Source of the DNA: Haliotis rubra
Lineage: Eukaryota
Direction: 5' to 3'
Assembly (NCBI RefSeq): GCF_003918875.1
Contig: NW_025767612.1
Location: 2,294,001-2,358,000, forward strand
Length of the DNA stretch: 64,000 nt
A program made the position numbers and the translations under genes. Below are positions 39,731-52,700 of this stretch, piece after piece. Every line of letters begins with the position of its first letter. The first letter of the stretch is position 1. Below the pieces are notes generated by a model. The model was not told the origin of the DNA and searched no databases. It worked only from the letters and a program-made list of their open reading frames with translations.

Positions 39731-40583
39731 CATATGACAACAGCTTGGGTTACCTGGGGTAATAACATCCGTCTTGTTGAGTTCAGCTCTATATTAGTGG
39801 CCTTATTATTATATTTCTTAAAAAAACAAACAACAAAAACCAGGCAATAAAGCTCAAAATAAGCAGAAAAACTGACACCACTTGCATTGTAGTTGCTTAT
39901 TATAATTAAACCTCAATACATGTATTAAATATCAAAGCTATTCATAAACATGAAAAATTGGACATCAACATCAAAATATCACTTATAAAAGTTTCTTAAT
40001 GTCATGTTTCATGCCTCTGGACCTTATTTTAACAAACCTGTAGTATGGATCATTAACTTTGGTCACAAGAAAACACAAATGAAATTGGTCTTACGTTGCA
40101 GGAACCATAAACCCTTTAGCAAGGGAGGCAGTGTTCCAGATTAAAATATATGAAGAATTGAGCTCATGCATGTTCCCAACCAAAATGGAGGAAGGTATCT
40201 GGTATTCTACATCCTACATTGGCCTCATGAAATTATTTAGGATTTGTTGGAGTCTGGAGTGGGAGATTCCACTCAACGCCCTCATGTCAAAAGTACTTCA
40301 CCAGGAATATATTCTCATAATACTGAACAAGTGACATCATTTGGTACAACCATGTTACTGTATGACTGATATTAACATTTGGCAGATAAAAATAAAAAGT
40401 AAAAAAATATTCATCTTCACCTGTGTTTTAACTGACGCAATACATGTACTTTGACCATAAAAACTTGCTTTTTCATTGGAATAAATACGTTTAAGTCAGG
40501 TCAAAAGTTCAAGGTCAATATCATGGAAACATTAAAGAGTCAAAACATTTACCACATTCCTACATAAATATTCATCATACTGC

Positions 40584-42077
40584 TTAACTATCAAACCCGC
40601 AATCATCCTGACTGGACCGAGTCTGAAGTAACTTCCGCCGCCAATAACTTATTTCCAAGGCCAGTTTTTCTTGCTCCATTGCCATTTTCTCCTTTTCTAT
40701 GTCTAATCTCTCTTGCTCCAGTCGCCCATGAGCTCTCTCCTGGTCCCGAGCCAGTTCCAGACGCTCACGTTCCAAGGCAAGCTTCTGACGCTCCTGCTGC
40801 ATCTCCAGAGAAACTCTTTCCCGATCCATCCTCAGCTTCTCTCTCTCAACATCCTTCTCCAGGTTCAGCTTCTCTTTCTCCATGAGAATCTTCTGCATCT
40901 CCACTGCCATCTGTTCCTGTTCCATCTTCAGTTTCTCTCTGTCAAGCTTTAATTTCTCTCGCTCCAAGGACAAGGAGTCTCGCTCACTTGCTAACAGCTC
41001 TTCATGAAGCTTCATTGACTGGTCATCTAAACGCCTCCTCTTTGCACTTTCTTGAATACTGTTCTGTTTGAAACCTGATTTGTTACTTGTTGAGGTATTT
41101 GAGGTTGTAAAGGAAGAGCACGAGGTTAGGGTATCAGTTAGGATTTGAATGTCATTTGTTAGATTTAGATTTCTGTTTCGGTGGTTTCTTGAATGACTTG
41201 TGTTTCCCTGATTTGAGGTCTGTGATGATGGTTTGGATGGCAAAAATCCGCTGCTACTTGATCCTTGAGGTCTGTTTGCTGCACTGGTATGAGGAACATC
41301 TTGCTCATTATGAGGCAATGATCCATTGCTTGTGAATTTTGATTGCTGTATAGATGATAATGCTGACTGACTAGAGCCCTCCAACTTTGAGAGGTTATTA
41401 TTGCTTGATTCGGGCATGTTGAGTGGCAACTGGTCATCTATTGGCTGAAGAGAGGTAGGGGTTGATACTGGAGGTATGTAGACCTGATCCTGTGCACTCA
41501 ACACAGAGGAGTTCTCACACTTGCTGCTTTCACCAGAAGAGTGTCCTGGGCTACTTGCAAACCCTGGAACATCCTGGATACTGTTGTCTTGACTGTCCTC
41601 ATTGGCAAGATCTATCTCTATTTTCATGGCATGGGGATTAATGTCCAAGTCTTGAACCCCATCCTCCTGAGTTTCATCGGCCATGCCCAAGATCTGCAGA
41701 CTGAAATTTGATACGGGTGGAGGAGCAAGCCCTTCAGTTTGATATTTCTTGAACTTTGAAGCTTCTTTTCGAGCAGTGCAGTTTAAGTTCTGCCACCGTT
41801 TCCTAATCTCATCAACAGATCTTGAAACACCTGGTGTCATTTCATTGATACCATCACATATCAACTGCCAGACTTCCCTCTTCCTTTCATTGGTAGCACT
41901 ATCCAATGCCTTCTCATTGAGAACAAACTTGTACTTGCGTACCATGTCAATGATGTACTGCGTCTCCTTTGCACTGAAATTTGGTTTTCTGTTAAGTCTT
42001 TCAAACCCAAGGTCGGCCATTGCAAAGGCATCCTGTGGGCTTAATGTCAGATTAAAACAGTTCATGGACTGATCCAT
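40584..42077 (-). CDS. MSANTD4: Myb/SANT-like DNA-binding domain protein with C-terminal coiled coil (MSANTD4-like, 497 aa)
   Basis: RKPNFSAKE...KREVWQLI...RSVDEIRKRWQNL forms a Myb_DNA-bind_5-type domain. The C-terminal LEREKL/ERERL heptads match MSANTD4 architecture. Single coding exon with an upstream acceptor at ~42230. Orthology was not tested. Confidence 0.75.
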   Translation of the reverse strand: MDQSMNCFNLTLSPQDAFAMADLGFERLNRKPNFSAKETQYIIDMVRKYKFVLNEKALDSATNERKREVWQLICDGINEMTPGVSRSVDEIRKRWQNLNCTARKEASKFKKYQTEGLAPPPVSNFSLQILGMADETQEDGVQDLDINPHAMKIEIDLANEDSQDNSIQDVPGFASSPGHSSGESSKCENSSVLSAQDQVYIPPVSTPTSLQPIDDQLPLNMPESSNNNLSKLEGSSQSALSSIQQSKFTSNGSLPHNEQDVPHTSAANRPQGSSSSGFLPSKPSSQTSNQGNTSHSRNHRNRNLNLTNDIQILTDTLTSCSSFTTSNTSTSNKSGFKQNSIQESAKRRRLDDQSMKLHEELLASERDSLSLEREKLKLDREKLKMEQEQMAVEMQKILMEKEKLNLEKDVEREKLRMDRERVSLEMQQERQKLALERERLELARDQERAHGRLEQERLDIEKEKMAMEQEKLALEISYWRRKLLQTRSSQDDCGFDS

Positions 42078-43085
42078 GATGATACATTATAACATTATGA
42101 GATGCATCTTGGCGTTCATCACTAAACCTTCGACATCAAGTTTCTGTTGTCAGCATGATCATGTGACAAGTCTCCTTTTCCTTATATCTGGCATGTTTCC
42201 TTGTACTGTTGAGCTATTTCATATTTGAGTCTGAAACAGATACAAATACTCTTAGTTTGATTAAAAAATTATCAGAAAAGCATTTAATTCAAAATGAAAA
42301 GTAAACTGATTATGGATAAAGCAGATCATTATTCCATTCATATCAACAAACAACTTCCCTTTCATACATAACAAAATTCCTAACAATATGCCAATAGATA
42401 ATGTGCCTTTCAATTCATCACGTGAATAATCACAGCACTGCATGAATACAATGGATTTGTGCGCATTTGAATTGTATTTTCAACTCCCTGGGGAGTATGC
42501 AACCCATGCACTTACTCCCTTAACCAATATTGCTCTATGGCAAATACACAGGAAAAGAATGAGTGTGATTTTGTTCCTAATATCAATATTCCTGGATACA
42601 TTTAACCAATTTCTGAGAAAGAAAAATCTTTGTAGAAAGTATTAAATGTCGACATGAAAGTGATGAAATCCCACATTCAGTAATTGGTTTCTGAAACAAA
42701 TCAAATTTTTGGGCCAGACCTAAAGCTACTGACCCACTGAGTGTGACAAATGTTTTAAGTGGTCGACATGCTGACATGTTTGCCAAGTGTATACATCTCA
42801 TGATTCATAGCAGCTATACATAAACCTCATTGCTATTGGTAACAAGTTGATTGCTGTTGGTAACAAGTTGATGAAAAATGTTGACAAGGTAATCAAATGG
42901 ATGAGCAGGTAGAAAACTGTAATCCAACTAAAATATCCAAACTGTAGGTAGGTAGACTAGGCTCTGACCTGATCTTTGAAATTTCGTTATTGATTTTAAT
43001 GTTGAAAACAATTTTGCCTGTCATTCTTGAGCATATGTTTTGCACTATTTCTTTTTTACAAACTGAAAATGCCCTAAAGTTTAAA

Positions 43086-43395
43086 GGTGAGGTGAGGTGA
43101 GGTGAGGTGAAATTGGGTTTAACGTCGTGCTTGAGAATATTTCGCTCATATGACGGCTGTGTTCTAATAATGCGGCTGCTTGAGCCCAGACTGAAGCTGG
43201 TTTTATAGTGCTAGCTCACTGAGATACCATGCTGCAGTGAAGCATGAATACCCCACTCAGACACAGTATACTGACTCCGAGCCGACCAGTCCTTGTTGTA
43301 CCCATTAATGCCGAGCGCCAGGCAGGGACCAACAAGTACCAAACGTCTTTTGGTATGATTGAGAATGAACCCTAACTCCACCTGCCACTAAGGCG
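43086..43395 (-). mobile_element. SINE family C copy
   Basis: TSD gccctaaagtttaaa. Confidence 0.85.
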
Positions 43396-45389
43396 GCCCT
43401 AAAGTTTAAAAGTCAACTTGCCCTTTAACTTCACTGGATTTGTGACCTATGCACTGTACACAGGACCATACACTATGTGAGTTTGATATTGCGTTTTGTT
43501 TGTTTGATTGTTGTTTAACCCTATGTGAGTTTCAGATTGTGTTTTGTTTGTTTGTTTGATTGTTGTTTAAGCCTCCACTCAGCTATTTTCCAGCTATATA
43601 ACAGCGATCTATAAGTAATCAGGTCTGAACAAGAAAATACAGTGATCAACATCATGAGCATCGATCTACGCAACTGAGATAAGATGACATGCATCAATAA
43701 CATCAGCGAGTGTGACCTCCCATTCCTGTCGGTTGCCTCTTACGACAACATGGTTTGCTGGAATTCTAACCTGGATCTTGACGGGTCTGAAAAATATTCT
43801 AGACTGGGAGGGTTGAAAATTAATGTGGGAGAAAGTCGAAAAATACTGTACGTCTTTTTTGTCTTTGACACATACAACTTTTGGTGGTGGAGGAATGATG
43901 AGATTATGAAATTAGTAATAAATGCACGCTGAATGGAAAAAACAATGAATGTTTCACTTTGCTTCCTTCTGTATGGTGCTTTTTATTACCAATTTGGCGA
44001 ATTCCTTTATGACCATTTTAGTTAAAAGTTAAAATTAAAGACTATGGACTTAATGGTAATGCAATGCATATGTCAATAAATATGTATAACAGACACAGAA
44101 ACAGAGAACCTTTCAGTGCTAGACATATTTGTACCAGTGAAAATCAGTTACAGTAAGTAATGTTTATAATAAACATGCATATATCGACAGAGGGATATAA
44201 TGAACTGTTCTTTCAGTTCTGGCACCTTGTACATTTTAGTTGAAAAGTGTATATGAACTAAAAGTGGTTGTCCTTTGGAGTTCTATAACCTGAGTTTACT
44301 GTATTTACCAGTAAACTAAAATACTGTTATTGCCACTGGCACTGTCATCATTAGAGACACTGCATCTTCATGTTCTTTGTTCTTGTGATTACACAAAACC
44401 AAAAACCAAAAACACAAAACAATTGATAACAGACATAGCCCTGTTTAAATTACCCTATTGGCTAAAGATTTCTAATCCTAACAATTACTGATTACAGAAA
44501 ATGACAATGGCACATATTTACCAAAACCTCAAAGAACTCTAACCGGTTGATAACACATCTAGTTTAGAAAATGATCATTAGCAGATTTGTCTGGGGGTGA
44601 CAAAGAATACAACAAGGCCAGTAGCATACAACTTAGGGCCTGCAAAAACTGGATTTAACGGTGGTGATTGACCTACACGTTTTAGCAACAGTAAGGCAAA
44701 CAAGTAAGATACTGCAGATGTACACGAACTGCATGTTCGACACGTGCGATATGTTTATGTTTACGCACCAATATCATGTCCAATAATTCACTGCATACGG
44801 GAGTTCATAAGGCATGTCCTGTTTCAGATTTGTTCAACCATATTCTTCCATATTTGCACCGATACCATTTATGATTTCTGCCCATTTCCTCTCCATAAAT
44901 ACGGTCAGCGAACTCGTTACATTGTTTTTCCTATTTGTTTTGTCAACTCTTTTTCTGAGACGAGTCCTAACGCTGTACGGAGTTCCTGGGGTTGTTTGTA
45001 TCGAGTAAACTAAAAGCTATACTCGGAAAACATTCTGAAATACGGAACTATACATACGCGCAACAATGACCCATATATTCAGCAGATATTTCCGGAGGAC
45101 AATATGTATTTAAATATTAAAGTTTGTTTCCTTGTGTAGGTAAGATATTTAGTTTCAGGTATTCCGGACTATTCGTAAATACAAAAGCAAGCTCCTATTT
45201 TCTGCAGATAGTAATGGAGAAACACAACGTGAGAAAATGTATTGATGAGTGAGTAGTTGAATGGAAATGAAGTGACAGGCTTACAGAAGACTCTTATCCA
45301 CGGAACGTGGAAGTGTAACTGATTTTATCAAATCTGTTCCGGGCAGGCCAGGTATTTACCTGCTAAAATTACAAACAGATTGTTTTTCA

Positions 45390-45540
45390 AGAGTGAGTAG
45401 GTTTAATTTTACGCCGCTTTGAGCAATATTCCAGTAATATCACGGCGGGGAGACTAGAAATGGGCTTCACACATTGTACCCATGAGGAATCGAACCCGGC
45501 GTTCAGCATGACGAGCGATTACCTCTATGCTACCGCCCCG
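45390..45540 (-). mobile_element. SINE family A copy
   Basis: Matches the family consensus. Confidence 0.75.
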
Positions 45541-46330
45541 TTTCTCATGAAAATATCTACAAAATAGAAAAACCCAAACAACCGAATAATTTGTGTTTTC
45601 TGTTTGTCGTTTAACCCGTCAGTCAGCAATTTTCAATCCTTCAGATAATTTGTATGATTTGGAGTCACATTCTCACGTGTGATCCCCTCGGGGTACCGAA
45701 ATACGTTTAAAACATCGGGTTCTTTTAATCCCTTTGAGAAATTGCGTTAGTACTTATTTGATATTTCAGTTTAACATGTCACAACTTTATAGCCTCTGTA
45801 TCACGGGGGTCTGTGACAGATCCAAGTATGGATCCAATGGTTGTTACACAACGACACCATGTACCATGGCAACCAGTCAAAATTCATAATAAATTATATT
45901 TTCTTGGTTTGGGCCATACTCTACAAAGGAAATACGACTTATGAAACCTAACAATTGTCTAAATTAAATTCAACAAAGGTAACTAAAAGAAAAATATCGG
46001 GTGGAAAGCATGTGTTTTAGCTCAATTCTGCTTGTCACACACTGACCGTGCACAAGAATGTTACACAATGTGGAACATATATGACCACTGTAGTCTCATT
46101 TGTATCACATAGCATCTAAGGATAGACGTGGCAAAACATATATTCGCTTATATGTATCATATATAACTTGGTTTCACAATTATACACATTAAAATGCGTG
46201 TCCCGTATGTTTCACTCAACTCCGTTACATAAGAAACTACTAGAGCCTTCTCAAGTCAAGAAGCACAAGGCAAACAGGAAATGATGTCACAGAACTTTTT
46301 GGTGGAAGGAGAGACACCTTGCATCTTTTA

Positions 46331-46956
46331 ATGAGAATTTTGAAGTTGTACAATGTCAGAGGTAGGTACAGTTTGTTTTTCACTCTCAACACCGTTCAGA
46401 GTTCATTTCTGCTCATTCTGAAATTAATACAAATGTTTATTTACTTGATAAAAGGTCATGTAATGTAGAATCACTATCAAGCTGAAAAAGACACTGAGCA
46501 TTTGTTTTACCAGAGTGATCTCCCATTTTATCCTAGTGTCCTCAACTCCGTTACTCAACTCCATTACGTTGTAACGGAGTTGAGTTACTTTGAAAATATG
46601 ACCACCCAGATTGAAATTTGCTTCGGCGTTATACATATTTCACACTAGATATTGTTTAATCATTTCTTTTGATTGCAGCATTCACATCAGAGGGTGACAT
46701 TGAAAACATTTCTTGGGTGTGTCACGAGTGTCAAAAGTCAGCAATAAACAGCGATCTGTTAGAGGAGCAGCTTATATGTACAGACAAAACAGTTCTTACT
46801 GACAGTGATGGCTCCTTATGGCTTTTTTGTTGGGCTTGTAGACAACAATATCATCTGGAATGTGCAGACAATATTTATGGGAAAAATATTGATGTGAACG
46901 ATTTAGAGTTTGACCGATATTTGTGTGGCATTTGTGGATGGTCCATTTGCCTCTGA
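46331..46956 (+). CDS. Small PHD-finger protein (102 aa, 2 exons, predicted)
   Basis: Exons 46331-46361 (AG|GTAGGT) and 46679-46956 (TTGCAG|) total 309 nt in frame. C4HC3 ligands: CHEC...CWAC...HLEC...CGIC. Confidence 0.5.
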
Positions 46957-46959
46957 GAC

Positions 46960-48045
46960 ATGGCACTAACAGCATAGGAGAGAATGAGGAGATATAGACA
47001 GAAACTGAGGGAAAATCCAGAGACATTTGTTCAGTATAAAGAAAAAGAAAGGAAACGATGGCATGAACTGAAAGAAGTAAACGAAGTAAAGATGATAGAT
47101 GAAATGACAAACTCTGCAAAGAAGAATCAGAGAAAAGAATGGAGAAAGGCCTATCATCGTCATCAAGCGAGAAAATCTCATCAGAAGGCAATGGACCAAT
47201 TTCTTTCAATGAATTCACCACCAGCATCCCCAGCCTGTAATGAAAGTGACTCAGGAGCAGATGGAAGACGAACAGTTGGCCGGAAAAGGTTAAGGAGAGA
47301 CAGAGCAAAGGCATACAGAGAGCTGTCAAAAGTGAAATTTCAGTTCCAAAACCTAAAGAAACTGACAGAAAGCGTCTACAAAGAATTTTGAATAAAAGGC
47401 TGCTCAGAGCAAATGAAATGAATGGTACAGATGTCAGCCCATGAAAGACAGTACAGAGTCTTGTAGGAAATTCAAAGTTTTCTGATAAAGTGAAGAAAAA
47501 TGTACTTTTGCTTTATGGAATTGTAGCAGAACTAAACAAGAAACTTGAGAAATGCAACAAAAGAGAAAAAAGGGGTTCTAGGCAAAATTGTATCAGGTGG
47601 TATTTTAAAGAAATACCGCCTTGTTCGGGCAGCAGCAAAGGAACTTTCTTTCAGTGAAAAACAGCTTCAATGACACAAAACTCGCCAGAACTGGCTTGAA
47701 AGAACATAAATGAAACGAAAGAGACTTCAGGATTTTGTCATGGAGAAAGTCCACTGCTTCTACAAAAGACATGACAATAGTATAATGACGCCAGGGAAAA
47801 AAGAAACAATCACGGTACAGAAGATAAAGAAACAGAAGAGGTTTCTCCTTGACAGTGTAAAGAAACTATACACAAAATTCAGATCTGTGATCCCTTCCGA
47901 CAGAATTTCACTATCAACTTTCAAGGAAACTGAAACCTTTCTGGATTGTTGCTCCTACTGCCAAGGATAGAGATATGTGTTTATGCAGAATCCATGAGAA
48001 TCTGAAATTGCTTGTCCGAGGCTTAGTATTGATGAATTGTATTTC
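46960..48045 (+). pseudogene. Decayed N-terminal part of a DNA transposase (CMC/EnSpm-Chapaev-like)
   Basis: MALTA*ERMRRYRQKL..., FYKRHDNSIMTPGKKE, KQKRFLLDSVKKLY and ISLSTF/LKPFWIV...DRDMCLCRIHENL, with several stops and frameshifts. No catalytic C-terminus is seen. Superfamily assignment is from memory of the motifs. Confidence 0.65.
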
Positions 48046-48563
48046 ATGTATAATTTTTAAGTTGAATCTGTATTCACTGTAAGAGTTTGAGTCACTATAG
48101 CCTGGATCTGTCACACAAGTTGTAGGTCATAGGCCTTGCATTTTCAGGGCTGAAGGAAGAAGTTACGCTGAAAAAAGTTGAGCATGTGAAAGCCCAAGGT
48201 CATAGTTTTTCATCAAAATCAGAATATACCAACAAAAGACTCCAGTTTTGACGTGAATTTTCAAAATCTTTCCTTTTACACAAAACTGACAACCAGGGTT
48301 GGCTGCTGGGAATCTGTTCTAACACTGAATCCATGTGGGGCCATGTTTTGTGAAAAGGCATTCTGCCTAAAAAAAACATCAGAATGAGTGAAAGAGTCCA
48401 GTTTAACATGGCTTTGAACAGTATTTCAGCTGTCAGCTTGTAGGTCGAAAGCATAAAGAAATGCAGGACTCACTATATTTGTGATACTCACCAGCACTTG
48501 TATTGTGCTGAAGCATCCTTATCTGGTAGAATCTCAGATTCAAACCCACATTCATAGGAAACT

Positions 48564-48812
48564 GGACCCGTGAAGATCCGGGTTAGAATTGATCTTTAGT
48601 AACCCATGCTTGTTGTAAGAGGTGACTAACGGGATTGGGTGGTCAGGCTCTCTGACTTGGTTGACACATGTTATCGTATCCCAATTGCATAGATCGATGC
48701 TCATGCTGTTGATCACTGGATTGTCTGGTCCAGACTCCATTATTTACAGACCGCCGCCATATAGCTGGAATATTGTTGAGTGCGGCGTAAAACTAAAATC
48801 ACTCACTCACTC
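48564..48812 (+). mobile_element. SINE-like family B copy, full length
   Basis: Matches the family consensus with (ACTC)n tail. Confidence 0.85.
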
Positions 48813-49703
48813 GTAGGATCCTGGTATGCAAAAATGATGTAAATCTGATTTAAAACAAACTCTTCATGAAACATTGATGTACACTACTTTATTATTCAAC
48901 TGACAGATCTGCCTCTGAAGCCGAAGTAGGCCACTGATATAGACAATTCTAGTTGTTTCATGCATGCAATGTGTGCTGTGTTAGAGCAATAGGCAGTTAG
49001 GGTGGCAAAATGCCATAGAGATTGAATGACAGTGTTAAGGGAAGCTTCAGTATATATACATAGTTTTATGTAAACATCCTACAGATTGTGTTAGCAAATG
49101 GACACACATTGTTTGTTTAAACATGAATTTGCCATTTTCACTAAAGGAAGTCAATATGAAATGGTTTCACTAACTGACTGACTTTGATGATGGAGGCAGT
49201 GGCTTTTATCAAAGAGGTTGTGCTCCATAACACTCCTTGTCGTGATTACATCCAACTTCTTTAGTTGTTCTTAATACCCATCTAGACTGCAGCATCAGCA
49301 TTGCAAACACAGCATCTTAGGCACACAAAGATGGTATTTTAATGAATAAAATAAATGTTTTTAGAATAAGTTGTCAATCCTGCTCTGTGGCCACCTGTGT
49401 TGACAAGGCAGTGTTTCTACTGGGTGATGTCCTGTCAGCTTGTTGCAGTGTACACTGTTGTCCTTGGATGAGTAGGGAGCAGCAGATGACTCACTACATG
49501 GCGGGAACAGGTCTGGACACATCTCACTGGACAAGGCTCACATGATATTTACAGTATATTTCATCTTGCTGTATCAGAGCACTACTAGGCGACCAAACAG
49601 TGACATTTTGGATTTGTCTCTATAAAACCACTGCTGTCATGAGTAAGAAGCTGTTTTATATAACAACTTGTGTGTACAGATGAAAAGGTGCCTGTGTGAA
49701 GGT

Positions 49704-52700
49704 TCAGTGATAACTAAATATCTTCTCTGTTTCCTCTTGTGTTTTCTTCTGGAGTACTTTCGTATCAGCAACCACCTCTTGTAGTCTCTCCTGAAGTGAA
49801 GAGTGAGAGAGTGAGTTACAACAAAAGTTTAGTTAAATCATGTCACGCAAGTTTCATGTGGGGTGGGGTGAGGTGAGGTGAAATGGAATTTAACGTCGTA
49901 CTTGAGAATATTTCGCTCATATGACGACGTGCATTACTGCTGAGTGCCAGGCAGGGACCAAAAAGTACCATATTTTAACGTCTTTTGGTATGAAGCGTCC
50001 GCGATCCAACCTGCGACCTTCCACTCTCCGGGCGGACTGTCTAACCACTACACCACAGAGGCGGTCAGTTTCATGTGGGAGGACAACCTGGAGTGATGCA
50101 GGTGTTGCATGTTTACCACTTGGCGAAACGACGACTGACTCAAGTGTGGGCTTGACAAACTTAGAAACATGATCCAGGATCCAAACATATCACAGGTTTC
50201 AGCTGCACCACTCAAACAACAAATTTTTCGTGATGTAGATGACTATTAAACGTTGGGTATAAAGTTAGAGGCGACATACAAAGAACAAAATAGAAGGTGA
50301 CAGTTTATGAGTTTGGGAGTAATGGAAATGAACTAGATAACACACAAGATTTGCTTTCTATTTGATGAAGCGTACAACATTTAGTGGGGATATGGGATTT
50401 AATGATACCGTGATAGTATTTTCACTTAGCACCACAAGGTTTATTTGATATGTTTCATTCAGACTGTCGACTTTTATCACTGCAAAGAAAACCATAAGCA
50501 TGGATAAGGAGCTGATAGCTAAGGCAAATAAACATGGTGGAAGTTAATTATGCTAGAACTTACTGAAATAGCTGTTTTGTGCTCCACGACTTCCCGGACG
50601 ACCGTGTCCAGGAACTCTACCGACTGCTGCTCCTCCTCCAGTAATTCAATCTTCCTCTGTTCAGCTCTGAAGAAAGAGAACAAAGCATATATGATAGTTT
50701 CATTCAATTGCAAATGGAGTTTCCTCAAAACCTGAGTAATGTTTACAAAGCATATTATTCATTTTAATACGCAGATTTTTTTTACTTTGTCAGGAACACA
50801 AAAAGTCAATACTTTAATGAATAGTCACTTAAAATGAATAGTAACTTATAACATTGAGAGGGGTGGTGGTGTAGCCTAGTGGTTAAAGCATTTGCTCGTC
50901 ACATCGAAGGCCCGAGTTCGATTTTCCATATGGGCACAGTGTGTAAAGCTTATTTCTTGTGTCTCCCGCCGTGATATTGCTAAAAGCGGCGTAAAAGCAA
51001 AGTCACTTATTATAACATTGAGTCTTCAAAATCTAGGGCTTTATGCTGCTGTAGTATTTGAACCATGACCCCCTCCTTTTATTTAACATTTATACACTAG
51101 TGAAATGGCAATCAACCGACTACCTTCAGAGTCAGTTGTGACCACCAACATTAATTTCTATTGACCGATAAAGTTTTTGAATCCCCTGATTTGAGACTTA
51201 CAGTTTGACTGCATCCTTATACTCCCTCTGTGTCTCCTGTCGACACTGTTGCGAGGACTTCTTGCCATTGTCCCACATCTTCTGTTTGAGCTCAATATCT
51301 TCCATGATGTTTTGAACCTCTTGCTGATAGCTCTGGAAAATGGAAGGGTTAGTTACTTCTTCAATGGGCATTTGATATTTGCAAAAACATACTGCAGTTG
51401 ACATATATAATATAAAATACTTCTTGACCAAACATGATAGTGTACTAAGCAGCATTCCTGCAATGTTATCCCTGCCTTGTATGGAGATTCAGACTTAATG
51501 AATACCCCACAGTTGTAAGAACTGGACCATGATAGTATATCACTAAAACTTTCTAAAGCTATTGGCAGCCACCCAGATCGACCACACCACCTGATTGTAT
51601 CACAACCCATCTTCACTCTCAGACATATAAGATCCCACCACCACCCATCCTGATCCCCCACCACCCACCTTCACCCGCAGACATATCAGATCATACCACC
51701 CACCCTGATCCACCCATCTTCAAGCTAAGACATATGAGATCCCACCACCACCCATCCTGATCGCCCACCACTCTCTTCACCCTGAGACATATCAGATCAT
51801 ACCACACACCCACCCACCCTGATCCATCCATCTTCACCCTGAGACATATCAGATTATACCACCCACCTACCCTGATCCACCCATCTTCACCCTCAGACAT
51901 ATCAGATCCCACAACCACCCGACTTCACCCTCAGACATATCAGATCATACCACACACCCACCCACCCTGATCAACCCATCTTCAAGCTTAGACATATCAG
52001 ATCCCACCACAACCCATCTTGATCTCTCACCACCCATCTTCAACCTCAGACATAACAGCTCATACCACCCACCCACCCTGATCCACCCATCTTCACCCTG
52101 AGACATATCAGATCCCACCACCACCCATCCTGATCCCCCACCACCCATCTTCACCCTCAGACATATCAGATCATACCACACACCCTGATCCACCCATCTT
52201 CAAGCTTAGACATATCAGATCCCACCACCACCCATCTTCACCCTGAGATATATCAGATCATACCACCCACCCACCCACCCATCTTCACCCTGAGACATAT
52301 CAGATCCCACCCATCTAATCACCCACCACCCATCTTCACCCTCAGACATATCAGATCATACCACCCACCCATCTTCACCCTGAGACATATCACACATATC
52401 AGATCCCACCCCACCCATCTTCACCCTCAGACATATCAGATCATACCACCCACCCACCCTGATCCACCCATCTTCACCCTCAGACATATCAGATCCCACC
52501 ACCACCCATCCTGACCACCACCCATCTTCACCCTCAGACATATCAGATCATACCACCCCACCTGATCCACCCATCTTCATCCTGAGACATATCAGATCAC
52601 CCCTCAGACATACCCTCAGATCATACCACACACACACATCCACCCCCTGATACCACCCACCCACCCATCCACCCATCTTCATCTATCATCCACCACCACC

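Noticed and set aside
46331-48045. ProtoRAG/RAG2-like PHD plus transposase pair
   Set aside because: The genes are co-directional, and there are no kelch repeats, RAG1 core motifs or RSS-like TIRs.
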